From an uncultured Frankiales bacterium (GTDB taxonomy: Bacteria; Actinomycetota; Actinomycetes; Mycobacteriales; SCTD01), in contig CBIHPE010000002.1 of NCBI GenBank assembly GCA_966212015.1, positions 1 through 53,683 on the forward strand: DNA of 53,683 bases, in the 5' to 3' direction. Below, in pieces: positions 44,373 through 53,204 of this stretch; positions within the stretch are counted from its first letter, which is position 1, and every line of letters begins with the position of its first letter. A program made the translations under genes and the position numbers. The notes beneath the pieces are model-generated. The model did not search any database and was not told the DNA's origin. It was given only the letters and a program-made list of their open reading frames with translations.

Positions 44373-45401
44373 TCAGGCGGGTGGGGTCAGGTGGGCGAGC
44401 AGCTCGACGTGCTCGGTCTGCGGGTAGAGGTCCCACGCCTGCAGCGACTCCAACGTCCAGCCGGCGTCGAGGAGCACCCGCAGGTCGCGCGCGAGCGAGC
44501 CGGCGTCGCACGACACGTAGGCGACCGCTCGCGGCCGCTGCCGGGCCAAGGCCGACGTCACCTCGAGCCCCGCACCCGCGCGCGGGGGGTCGAGCACCAC
44601 GAGGTCGACCGGCCGCAGCGACGACGGCGTCACCAGGGCGGTGCGGACGCGCACCCACGGCAGGTCGTCGGTGTTGCGCGCCGCATCGGCGCACGCGCGC
44701 TTGCCGGACTCGACCGCGAGCACCGAGCCCGTCGGTCCCACCGCCTCGCCGAGGAAGGCCGCGAACAGCCCCACGCCGGCGTACAGGTCCAAGCAGCTCT
44801 CGCCCGGAGCGGGCTGCAGGACCTCGAGCACGGCCGTCACCAGCAGCGCGGGCGCCGCGACGTGCACCTGCCAGAAGCCACCTGGCGCGACCTCGAAGCG
44901 CCGGTGCAGCACCGAGACCCGCGAGCCGACCGGAGGCCCACTGGGCGGCAAGGGGTCAGCCGAGATCAGGCAGCGGTCCACCTCGACGATGTCGTGCGAC
45001 CGGTGCGCGTAGAAGCCCCTGCCCTCGGCCCACTGCGACCGCGTGCGCCAGCCCCAGAGCGGCTCCACGGCCTGCACCGACCCGTCCCACGCCACCCCAC
45101 CTAGCCGCGACAGCTGGTCGCGCACCACGGCCGTCTTCAGCTCGAGCTGCGCGGCGGCCGAGGCGTGCTGCCAGTCGCAGCCGCCGCACACACCGAAGTA
45201 CGGACAGGGCGGTTCCACTCGTGAGGGCGACGCCTCGAGCACCGAGACGACCGAGGCCCGGAGGAACTTCGACCCCGACGACTCGACGGTGACGGAGACG
45301 GTCTCCCCAGGCAGGGCCCCGCGGACGAACACGACGCGCCCGTCCGGGGCGTGCGCCACGCAGGACCCACCCGCCGCCGGAGCCCCGACGGTGAGGATCA
45401 C
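44373..45401 (-). CDS. SAM-dependent RNA (uracil-5)-methyltransferase, TrmA/RumA family
   Basis: GTG start overlaps the permease stop as GTGA. A TRAM-like N-terminus, the Fe-S-type Cys cluster CPYFGVCGGCDWQH, the SAM motif LDLYAGVG and LDPPRAG are present. Confidence 0.87.
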   Translation of the reverse strand: MILTVGAPAAGGSCVAHAPDGRVVFVRGALPGETVSVTVESSGSKFLRASVVSVLEASPSRVEPPCPYFGVCGGCDWQHASAAAQLELKTAVVRDQLSRLGGVAWDGSVQAVEPLWGWRTRSQWAEGRGFYAHRSHDIVEVDRCLISADPLPPSGPPVGSRVSVLHRRFEVAPGGFWQVHVAAPALLVTAVLEVLQPAPGESCLDLYAGVGLFAAFLGEAVGPTGSVLAVESGKRACADAARNTDDLPWVRVRTALVTPSSLRPVDLVVLDPPRAGAGLEVTSALARQRPRAVAYVSCDAGSLARDLRVLLDAGWTLESLQAWDLYPQTEHVELLAHLTPPA

Positions 45402-47368
45402 GCGTCGAGGTCCTTGAGGCGGTCGGAGGACTGCAGCTGGTAGGGCACGGAGGTGACCATGACGCCGGGCTCGAACAGCAGCCGACCCTTGAGGCGCAGG
45501 GCGCTCTGGTTGTGGAGCAGCTGCTCCCACCAGCGGCCGACGACGTACTCGGGGATGAAGACCGTGACCACGTCGCGCGGCTGGTCCGAGCGCAGCCGCT
45601 TCACGTAGTCGAGGATCGGGCGGGTGATCTCGCGGAACGGCGAGTCGACGACCGTGAGGGGCACGTCGATGCCGCGGCGGTCCCACTCGCGCTGCAGCGC
45701 GTGGGTGTCGTCCGCGTCGACGGACACGGTCAGGGCCGTGAGGTCGTAGGGACGGGTGGCCTTCGCGTAGGACAGGGCCCGCAGCGTCGGCGCGTGGATC
45801 TTCGAGACCAGCACGACGGCGTGGTTGCGGGACGGCGCTGCGACCAGGCCCTCGGCGGGCAGCAGCTCCTCGCGGACCCGGTCGTAGTGCCGCCGGATGC
45901 CGCGCATCAGCAGGAACAGCACGGCCATGGCGGCCAGCGCGATCCAGGCGCCGCGGACGAACTTCGTGACGAGCACGATGACGAGCACGGTCCCGGTCAT
46001 GCCGAGGCCGATCGCGTTGATGACGCGCGACCGCTGCATCCGCGCCTTGTCCGCCGCCGGGACGTCGTCCGACCTGAGCAGCCGCGTCCAATGCCGGATC
46101 ATGCCGGTCTGCGACAGCGTGAAGCTGATGAAGACGCCGACGATGTAGAGCTGGATCAGCCGCGTGACCTGCGCGTCGAACGAGATGATCAGCACGATGG
46201 CGAAGGTCGCCAGCAGCAGGATGCCGTTGGAGTAGGCGAGCCGGTCGCCGCGGGTGTGGAGCTGGCGCGGCAGGTAGCCGTCCTTCGCGAGGATCGAGCC
46301 GAGCACCGGGAAGCCGTTGAAGGCGGTGTTCGCCGCCAGGATGAGGATGACGCCGGTGAACGCGACGACGACAGCCGACAACCAGTGCGTCGACGCGCCC
46401 TGGAAGACGGCGTCGGACAGCTGGCTGATGACCGTCGGCTGCACGTAGTCCTTCGGCACCAGCTGCCCGTTCGGCATGATCAGCTGGTGCGTCGGGTCCT
46501 CGGCGAAGCGCAGCCTCGTCAGGTTGCCGAGCGCCAGGATGCCGGTGAGCATCGTGACGGCGATGGTGCCCATGAGCAGCAGCGTGGTCGCGGCGTTCTT
46601 CGACTTGGGCTTCTGGAAGGCCGGTACGCCGTTGCTGATCGCCTCGACGCCGGTGAGCGCCGCGCAGCCGGACGAGAAGGTGCGCAGCAGCAGGAACCCT
46701 GCCGCGAAGCCGGTGAAGGCGAACCCGTGGTCGGGCTTGATCGTGTACTGCGCGCTCGAGGCGTCGGGGAGGTCGCCGAAGAAGTAGCGGCCGAGCCCGA
46801 ACAGCGTCATGCCGACGATCGAGAGCATGAAGCCGTAGGTCGGGATGGCGAACGCCGCGCCCGACTCCTTCACGCCACGCAGGTTGATCGCGGTCAGCAG
46901 CACGACCAGCCCGACAGCGACCAGCGCCTCGTTCCCGTGGACGAAACCGATCTTCGACGAGGCGTTCTGCACGCCGGACGACACGGACACGGCCACGGTG
47001 AGCACGTAGTCGACGAGCAGCGCCGCCGCGACGGTCAGGCCGAACTTCGACCCGAGGTTGACCGTCGCGACCTCGTAGTCGCCGCCGCCCGAGGGGTAGG
47101 CGTGCACGTTCTGCCGGTACGACGCGACGACCACGAGCATCACCGCGGCCACGACCAGGCCGATCTTCCACGAGTACGCGTAGGCCGCGAGCCCCGCCGT
47201 GGACAGCGTCAGGAAGATCTCGTCTGGTGCGTAGGCGACGGAGGACAGCGCGTCCGACGCGAACACCGGCAGCGCGATCTTCTTGGGGAGCAGCGTCTCG
47301 CCGAGGCGATCGCTGCGGAGGGCGCGACCCAGGAGGACTCGCTTGGTGACGTCACCGATGCCGGACAC
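45398..47368 (-). CDS. APC-superfamily permease with a large cytoplasmic C-terminal domain
   Basis: The GTG at 47368 gives MSGIGDVTKRVLLGRALRSDRL. About 12 TM segments are followed by a soluble tail of about 200 aa. Confidence 0.85.
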   Translation of the reverse strand: MSGIGDVTKRVLLGRALRSDRLGETLLPKKIALPVFASDALSSVAYAPDEIFLTLSTAGLAAYAYSWKIGLVVAAVMLVVVASYRQNVHAYPSGGGDYEVATVNLGSKFGLTVAAALLVDYVLTVAVSVSSGVQNASSKIGFVHGNEALVAVGLVVLLTAINLRGVKESGAAFAIPTYGFMLSIVGMTLFGLGRYFFGDLPDASSAQYTIKPDHGFAFTGFAAGFLLLRTFSSGCAALTGVEAISNGVPAFQKPKSKNAATTLLLMGTIAVTMLTGILALGNLTRLRFAEDPTHQLIMPNGQLVPKDYVQPTVISQLSDAVFQGASTHWLSAVVVAFTGVILILAANTAFNGFPVLGSILAKDGYLPRQLHTRGDRLAYSNGILLLATFAIVLIISFDAQVTRLIQLYIVGVFISFTLSQTGMIRHWTRLLRSDDVPAADKARMQRSRVINAIGLGMTGTVLVIVLVTKFVRGAWIALAAMAVLFLLMRGIRRHYDRVREELLPAEGLVAAPSRNHAVVLVSKIHAPTLRALSYAKATRPYDLTALTVSVDADDTHALQREWDRRGIDVPLTVVDSPFREITRPILDYVKRLRSDQPRDVVTVFIPEYVVGRWWEQLLHNQSALRLKGRLLFEPGVMVTSVPYQLQSSDRLKDLDA

Positions 47369-47411
47369 GAGACGAAAGACTAGGGCGCGCGCCCGTGTAG
47401 CGTTTCGCGTC

Positions 47412-48077
47412 ATGCACGTGGTGATCATGGGATGCGGCCGGGTGGGCTCCACCCTGGCCCGGTTCCTGGAGCGCGGCGGCCACTCGGTGGCCATCATCGA
47501 CCAGGACGCCGGGGCCTTCCGCCGGCTCAGCACGGAGTTCGCCGGGCAGCGCGTCACCGGTGTCGGCTTCGACCGCGACACCCTCATCGAGGCCGGCATC
47601 GAGCGGGCCGAGGCGTTCGCCGCGGTGAGCTCCGGCGACAACTCCAACATCATCGCCGCGCGCGTCGCCCGGGAGACCTTCGGCGTCGAGAACGTCGTCG
47701 CCCGCATCTACGACCCGGCCCGCGCCGAGGTCTACCAGAAGCTCGGCATCCCCACGGTCGCCACCGTCCGCTGGACGGCCGACCAGGTGCTCCGCCGGCT
47801 GCTCCCCGAGGGCATGCTCAGCGAGTGGCGTGACCCGAGCGGAAAGGTCGTCCTGGCCGAGCTGGCCTACGACCCTGCCTGGATCGGCCACAAGGTCACC
47901 CAGCTCGAGGAGGACTCGGGCGCCCGGGTCGCCCTCATCACCCGCCTCGGCGAGGGCACCGTCCCGACCCTTGGCACCGTCGTCCAGGACGGCGACCTCC
48001 TGCACGTCACGATGAGCTGGGACCAGCGGGAGGACGTCGAGCGCGTCTTCGCCGCTGCGCCGGCCGAGGGGCACTGA
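47412..48077 (+). CDS. trkA: TrkA-type K+ uptake regulatory protein (RCK N+C domains)
   Basis: MHVVIMGCGRVGSTLA Rossmann fold plus a TrkA-C domain. Confidence 0.92.
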   Translation: MHVVIMGCGRVGSTLARFLERGGHSVAIIDQDAGAFRRLSTEFAGQRVTGVGFDRDTLIEAGIERAEAFAAVSSGDNSNIIAARVARETFGVENVVARIYDPARAEVYQKLGIPTVATVRWTADQVLRRLLPEGMLSEWRDPSGKVVLAELAYDPAWIGHKVTQLEEDSGARVALITRLGEGTVPTLGTVVQDGDLLHVTMSWDQREDVERVFAAAPAEGH

Positions 48078-48078
48078 C

Positions 48079-48747
48079 ATGCGCGTCGCCATCGCCGGAG
48101 CCGGCAACGTCGGCCGCTCCATCGCCCTCGAGCTCCTCGAGAACGGCCACAGCGTGCTGCTCATCGAGCGCGAGCAGAAGTCCATGAAGGTCCAGACCGT
48201 CCCCACCGCCGAGTGGCTCCTCGGTGACGCCTGCGAGATCGCGACGCTCCAGACCGCGCGGCTCGAGGAGTGCGACGTCGTCGTCGCCAGCACCGGGGAC
48301 GACAAGGTCAACCTGGTCATCAGCCTGATCGCCAAGACCGAGTTCGGCGTCCCGCGCGTCGTGGCCCGCGTCAACCACCCGAAGAACGAGTGGCTCTTCA
48401 ACGAGTCGTGGGGCGTCGACGTCAGCGTCTCCAGCCCGCGGCTGCTCGCTGCGGTCGTGGAGGAAGCGGTCAGCGTCGGCGACCTGGTCCGGCTGCTGAC
48501 CTTCCGTCAGGGGCAGGCCAACCTGGTCGAGCTCACGCTCGCGCCGGACGCGGACCTGGTGGGCAAGCTCGTCGGCACGATCACCTGGCCGACCGACTCC
48601 GCCCTGGTCGCGATCCTGCGCGAGGGCCGGGTGATCACGCCCACCCCCGACGCCGCCCTCGAGGCGCACGACGAGCTGCTCATCGTCGCCACCTCCGAGG
48701 TCGAGGACGAGCTCGACGCGCTGCTGACGAAGACCGCTCAGGCCTGA
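48079..48747 (+). CDS. trkA: Second TrkA-type K+ uptake regulatory protein
   Basis: MRVAIAGAGNVGRSIA Rossmann fold plus a TrkA-C domain. It starts 1 nt after the first trkA stop. Confidence 0.92.
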   Translation: MRVAIAGAGNVGRSIALELLENGHSVLLIEREQKSMKVQTVPTAEWLLGDACEIATLQTARLEECDVVVASTGDDKVNLVISLIAKTEFGVPRVVARVNHPKNEWLFNESWGVDVSVSSPRLLAAVVEEAVSVGDLVRLLTFRQGQANLVELTLAPDADLVGKLVGTITWPTDSALVAILREGRVITPTPDAALEAHDELLIVATSEVEDELDALLTKTAQA

Positions 48748-49385
48748 GACTCCACGGCGGGCGCGGCCCGCCGCACGGCCCAGACCGTGAACAGCGCGGC
48801 GCCCACGAGCAGCACGTACTTCTCGACCTGGATCACGCCGAACAGGATGGCGTTGTCCTTGGCGCCGTCCCCGACCGACAGCGCCACGGCCGTCGCCACG
48901 CCGCAGCGGATGAGGAACGACGCCGACCACACCCAGGTCGACAGCACGCACGCCCGGCGCAGGGCCGGGTCGGTCTTCCACGCCTCGTACTTGCTGTCGA
49001 TCGCCACGAGCGCCAGCGCGACCGCCGGCTGCTTGACGAGGTTCGACAGGGCGAAAGCGAGGCCCGAGAAGCCCGTGAGCGCGATGCCGGAGTAGAAGAA
49101 GCCCTTGCCGGAGCCGGTGAGCTTCACGAGCGCGACGGCGATCAGCAGGCCGAAGAAGCCGCTGACGCAGTACTGCAGCGACTCCCCCTTCGAGCGCCGG
49201 TAGGCGACGACCAGCAGCCCAGCGACGACGGCAGCGACCACGCCCGTGTTGAGGTCGGCGACCAGCCGCACGGCGATGAAGACGAGGGCCGGCACGCTGC
49301 TGTCGAAGACGCCCTTGCCGCCGCCCATCAGGGCGAGGAAGTGCTTGACGTGCAGCGGCTCCGACGAAGGGGGCTGGTCAGGCAC
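48738..49385 (-). CDS. DUF3159-like integral membrane protein
   Basis: Polytopic 215-aa protein in the position conserved next to trkA in actinobacteria (from memory). Confidence 0.7.
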   Translation of the reverse strand: MPDQPPSSEPLHVKHFLALMGGGKGVFDSSVPALVFIAVRLVADLNTGVVAAVVAGLLVVAYRRSKGESLQYCVSGFFGLLIAVALVKLTGSGKGFFYSGIALTGFSGLAFALSNLVKQPAVALALVAIDSKYEAWKTDPALRRACVLSTWVWSASFLIRCGVATAVALSVGDGAKDNAILFGVIQVEKYVLLVGAALFTVWAVRRAAPAVESQA

Positions 49386-49743
49386 CGACGGCCTTCAGCT
49401 CGTACTCCGGGTTGAAGAGCGTGACCTTTCCGTCGCGCTTGGTCAGCCGGCCGCGAGCGACGAGGGAACGGCCGGGGTCGATCCCGCGGATGCGGCGGCG
49501 CCCCAGCCACACGAGGGTCACGGTGCCGGTGCCGTCGTAGAGCTCGGCCTCCAGGGTGGGTACGCCGGCCAGCGGCCGCAGCACGACGGCGCGGAGCGTC
49601 CCGGCGACGCAGACGGGCTTGCCCACGGAGCAGAGGTTGACCGTGGTGGCGCCGGACTTCACGGCGGCAGCCTGGAGCTCCTCGCTGTGGACCTCCTCCT
49701 CGTCGGCCGTCAGCCGGTGGAGGGCCCGCTTCAACCTGGACAC
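49378..49743 (-). CDS. OB-fold nucleic-acid-binding domain protein
   Basis: 121-aa product with a ...VCVAGTLRAV...LYDGTGTVTLVWLGRR... OB pattern. The next gene's start overlaps its stop by 8 nt. Confidence 0.65.
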   Translation of the reverse strand: MSRLKRALHRLTADEEEVHSEELQAAAVKSGATTVNLCSVGKPVCVAGTLRAVVLRPLAGVPTLEAELYDGTGTVTLVWLGRRRIRGIDPGRSLVARGRLTKRDGKVTLFNPEYELKAVGA

Positions 49744-49752
49744 GTCTCGATG

Positions 49753-50448
49753 CTAAGCCGTCGAGGGCAGGATGCGGGCGAATCCGCCGGCCACGTCTGC
49801 GTAGGTGCCGGTGAGCAGCGCGATGCCGAGCGCGAGGAGGACCACTCCCCCGACGAGCGACACCCGTCGGGAGGCCCGGGACAGCCGCGCCGTCAGCCCC
49901 GGGGAGGCGGAGAGCAGCAGCCCGGCGATGACGAACGGGAGCCCGAGCCCGAGGGCGTACGCGAGAAGGAGCAGCGCCCCCGTGCCCGCCCCCTGCGACG
50001 TCGACGCGAACGCCAGCACGCTCCCGAGGAACGGTCCGACGCACGGCGTGAACGCGGTCCCGAACACCAGGCCGAGCAGCAGCGGGGCCGCCCACGACGT
50101 CGACCGCGCCAGCCGGGCCCGCGTGCCGTCGGCCGACACCGCGACCCTGGACAGCCAGCCGAGCCGGGCCTCCAGCAGCAGGAGCAGGGCCAGGACCACG
50201 ACGAGCGCGCCGCCGGCCCGCTGCACCGGTCCCCCGGCGTGCCGGATCGCCGACCCCGCACCGCCCGCGACCGCGCCGAGCGTCACGAACACAGCGCTGA
50301 AGCCGACGACGTAGAGCAGCGACCCCTGGACGAACCCACCTCGCGACCCGGACAGCACGCCGACGTAGGCCGGGAGCAGTGGCACTGTGCAGGGCGCGAG
50401 GAAGGAGACCAGCCCGCTGCCCAGCGCGAACACCAGGGCCAGCAGCAC
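49753..50448 (-). CDS. ccdA: Cytochrome c biogenesis/thiol-disulfide electron transporter CcdA (DsbD core)
   Basis: SFLAPCTVPLLP and FTPCVGPFLG are the two conserved Cys-containing hairpins. The protein has six TM segments. Confidence 0.88.
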   Translation of the reverse strand: MLLALVFALGSGLVSFLAPCTVPLLPAYVGVLSGSRGGFVQGSLLYVVGFSAVFVTLGAVAGGAGSAIRHAGGPVQRAGGALVVVLALLLLLEARLGWLSRVAVSADGTRARLARSTSWAAPLLLGLVFGTAFTPCVGPFLGSVLAFASTSQGAGTGALLLLAYALGLGLPFVIAGLLLSASPGLTARLSRASRRVSLVGGVVLLALGIALLTGTYADVAGGFARILPSTA

Positions 50449-50449
50449 C

Positions 50450-51436
50450 TCAACCGCCGTAGGTGAACGTGAACACCTGGAAGGCCCCGTCGGTGACCGT
50501 CAGCGCGAGCGTGCCGTAGCCGACGCCCGGGCCCGTCACCAGGTGCAGCAGGTCCTGCTGCGTGACGACGGCGACCGTCCGGCCGCCGCGCTCCACGAGC
50601 GACGGGCCGCGCCGACCTGCTGGGACCGGCTTGCCGTCGAGGGTCACGTCCACGACCACCTGTCCCGCGGCGGGCGCGGACGTTACGTAGACGTCCCGCG
50701 CCGTGAACGGCACGGTCAGCGTCGCGCCCCGGTCGAGCTCGAGCGCCTCGGGCAGGTGCCTGACCCTGCCGGTCGTCAGCGACGCCCCGCCGCGGTCGGT
50801 GCCGTAGTAGGTCTCGGGGGTGAGGCCGTTGCCCGGCTGCTCGTGGTCCCCCGTGACGACGGCGCGCGGACCGGTGGCCCCCAGCAAGGACCGGATCGCG
50901 TCCTCGGTCGAGGACTCGTTGCCCTCACCGACGCTGGTGTAGCGGATCAGGCCGTGCTGGTCGACGAGGTACTCCGCCGGCCAGTACTCGTTCTGGAAGG
51001 CCTGCCACGTGAGCATCTCCGGGTCCTCGGCGACCGGCCACGTCACGTCGAGCTCCTTGACCGCGCGAGCGACGTTGTCGTGCACCTTCTCGAACCCGAA
51101 CTCGGGGCTGTGCACCCCGAGGACCGTCAGTCCCGGGTAGGTCTTCTGGAGCGCGCGCAGGAACGGCAGGGTGCGTCGGCAGTTGATGCAGGTGTAGGTC
51201 CAGAAGTCCACGAGGACGACCCGTCCGCGCAGGTCGGCCAGCGTGAGCGGGGGCGAGTTGTCGAAGTGGCTGATGCCGGCCAGCTCCGGGGCCTCCCGCG
51301 ACTGCGACACCGGGCGCAGGGCGGGGGCGATCCCCTTCAGCGCCGAGGACCGGTTGGTCGTGAGCACGACGAGGACGGCCACGACGGCCAGGACCGACAG
51401 CGCGGCGGCAGCCACGAGGGAGCGCTGTCTTCTCAC
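50450..51436 (-). CDS. Membrane-anchored thioredoxin-like (redoxin) protein with an extra C-terminal beta-rich domain (DipZ C-terminal-like)
   Basis: An N-terminal TM anchor and the Trx-fold motif VLVDFWTYTCINCRRTLP (CxxC) are present. About 150 aa of additional C-terminal domain follow. Confidence 0.83.
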   Translation of the reverse strand: MRRQRSLVAAAALSVLAVVAVLVVLTTNRSSALKGIAPALRPVSQSREAPELAGISHFDNSPPLTLADLRGRVVLVDFWTYTCINCRRTLPFLRALQKTYPGLTVLGVHSPEFGFEKVHDNVARAVKELDVTWPVAEDPEMLTWQAFQNEYWPAEYLVDQHGLIRYTSVGEGNESSTEDAIRSLLGATGPRAVVTGDHEQPGNGLTPETYYGTDRGGASLTTGRVRHLPEALELDRGATLTVPFTARDVYVTSAPAAGQVVVDVTLDGKPVPAGRRGPSLVERGGRTVAVVTQQDLLHLVTGPGVGYGTLALTVTDGAFQVFTFTYGG

Positions 51437-51488
51437 GTCCTGATCTTCGTTCCCCGAGGGCGTTCCGGCCTTCTCCGGGAGAAGACTC

Positions 51489-52289
51489 TCAGTGGATCTC
51501 GGTGATCTCCGGCCCGCGCTCCGGCATCTGGAAGCCGTGCTGCTCCGCGGCCTCCTCGGCCGCCTGCATGGCGTCGGCCGGCAGCCTCAGCGGGAGCGGC
51601 TCGCGGACGCCCATCGCCTCGTCGCCGCGGTCGACGACGACCTGGCGGAACGCCTCGATGAGCGGTGCGCACTGGGCGTCGTCGTGCGCGGCCGGCCCGG
51701 TGATGAGGCCGCGGAGGAACCAGCGCGGCCCGTCGACACCGAGGAACCGGGCGGGCGCCAGCTGCACGCCTCCGCCCGGGACCTCGGTCGGGACGGACGC
51801 GCGCAGCTCCGTGCCGACCGGGCCCGTGACCTCGGACGCCTGGCCGCCGCTGCTGTTGAGGGCGTCGCGGATCTCGGTGCGGACCTCGTCCCAGATGCCT
51901 TCGCGTCGCGGGGCCGCGAACGCGTTGAGCTGCAGGGCGGACTCGCCCAGGACGATCGTGGCGGCGACGACCTCTCCCTCGGGGTTCACCTCGAGCCGGA
52001 CGTCGGTGCTCGGGAGCACCGGCACCCGCACGCTGCCGAGGTCGATGCGCTCGGGGTCGAGCGCCGGCGCGTCCTGCAGGTCCCACGGGCCCTGCGGGCG
52101 GGTCAGCTCGGCGGGGACCTCCGGCGTCGACGTGCTGCTCTCCTCCTTGGCGAGCTCCGCCAGCAGCATGGCGTCCTCCGCGGCACGCTGCTCCTCGTCG
52201 AGGTCGTCGACGAAGTTGTCGATGTCCTCGTCGGTCACCTCGTCGATCTCGACCTCGATGCCGCGGTCACGCCGCCCGAAAAGAGCCAT
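51489..52289 (-). CDS. DUF3710-like acidic protein
   Basis: Starts MALFGRRDRG. The GPWD...IDLGSVRVP pattern sits in the position conserved downstream of dut (from memory). Confidence 0.7.
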   Translation of the reverse strand: MALFGRRDRGIEVEIDEVTDEDIDNFVDDLDEEQRAAEDAMLLAELAKEESSTSTPEVPAELTRPQGPWDLQDAPALDPERIDLGSVRVPVLPSTDVRLEVNPEGEVVAATIVLGESALQLNAFAAPRREGIWDEVRTEIRDALNSSGGQASEVTGPVGTELRASVPTEVPGGGVQLAPARFLGVDGPRWFLRGLITGPAAHDDAQCAPLIEAFRQVVVDRGDEAMGVREPLPLRLPADAMQAAEEAAEQHGFQMPERGPEITEIH

Positions 52290-52291
52290 GC

Positions 52292-52741
52292 CTACTGTCC
52301 TCCGAACCCACCGGTGGAGCCGTGCCCACCGTCGCCGCGCTCCGACTCGGGGAGCGCCTCCGTCTCTCGCCAGACCACGTGCTCGACGCGCTGCACGACG
52401 AGCTGCGCGACCCGGTCGAGCCGCTTCAGGCTCACCGTCTCGTGCAGGTCGTGGTTCACGAGGATGACCTGGATCTCGCCGCGGTAGCCCGCGTCGATCG
52501 TGCCGGGGGCGTTGACCAGGCCCACGCCGTGCTTGACCGCCAGCCCTGACCGCGGGTGCACGAAGGCCGCGTAGCCCTCGGGCAGCGCCATCGCGATCCC
52601 GGTGGGCAGCAGCACCCGCTCCCCCGGTGCCACGTCGACGTCGACGGTGGTCACGAGGTCGCACCCGGCGTCTCCTGCGCGCGCGTAGGCGGGCAGCGGG
52701 ACCTCGGGGTCCAGCCGCACGACGTCGACGAGCAGGCTCAC
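52292..52741 (-). CDS. dut: dUTP diphosphatase
   Basis: The GTG start aligns with mycobacterial Dut (V..L.IVRLDP..PLP). Motifs AGDAGCDL, HPRSGLA, GTIDAGYRGE and the C-terminal RGDGGHGSTG are present. Confidence 0.93.
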   Translation of the reverse strand: MSLLVDVVRLDPEVPLPAYARAGDAGCDLVTTVDVDVAPGERVLLPTGIAMALPEGYAAFVHPRSGLAVKHGVGLVNAPGTIDAGYRGEIQVILVNHDLHETVSLKRLDRVAQLVVQRVEHVVWRETEALPESERGDGGHGSTGGFGGQ

Positions 52742-52766
52742 GGGTGGAAACCGTACCGTTGGGCGC

Positions 52767-53204
52767 ATGCCGACGTACCGGGAGCGCCTGTGGGCGCCTG
52801 CGTCCTGGATGGTCATCACCCTCGGCGGCGCGGCGCTGATCGCGCTCAGCTTCCGCGAGAGCCTCGCCCTGCTGGTCGGGCTGCCCGTGGTGGGAGTGGT
52901 CGCACTGGTGCTGCTGTCGCGCCAGGTGCTGCGCGTCCAGGACGGCGTGCTGCACGTCCCCGGCGCCCGCGCGCCGCTGAGCGCGTTCGGCCCGGCAGAG
53001 GTGCTCGACCGGACCGCCCTGCGTGAGCGGATGGGGATCCGGGCGCAGCGCGACGCCTGGGTCCGCGTGCCGCCCTGGGCGAAGCAGGGGGTGCTGCTGC
53101 CGGTGACCGACCCCGAGGACGAGACTCCCTACTGGCTGGTCGGCACCCGCCGGCCGCAGGACCTCGCCGTCGCCCTGGCCCGCTTCCCGGAGGTACGCAC
53201 GTGA
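52767..53204 (+). CDS. DUF3093-like membrane protein
   Basis: Two N-terminal TM segments are present. It is divergent from dut, in the conserved position (from memory). Confidence 0.65.
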   Translation: MPTYRERLWAPASWMVITLGGAALIALSFRESLALLVGLPVVGVVALVLLSRQVLRVQDGVLHVPGARAPLSAFGPAEVLDRTALRERMGIRAQRDAWVRVPPWAKQGVLLPVTDPEDETPYWLVGTRRPQDLAVALARFPEVRT

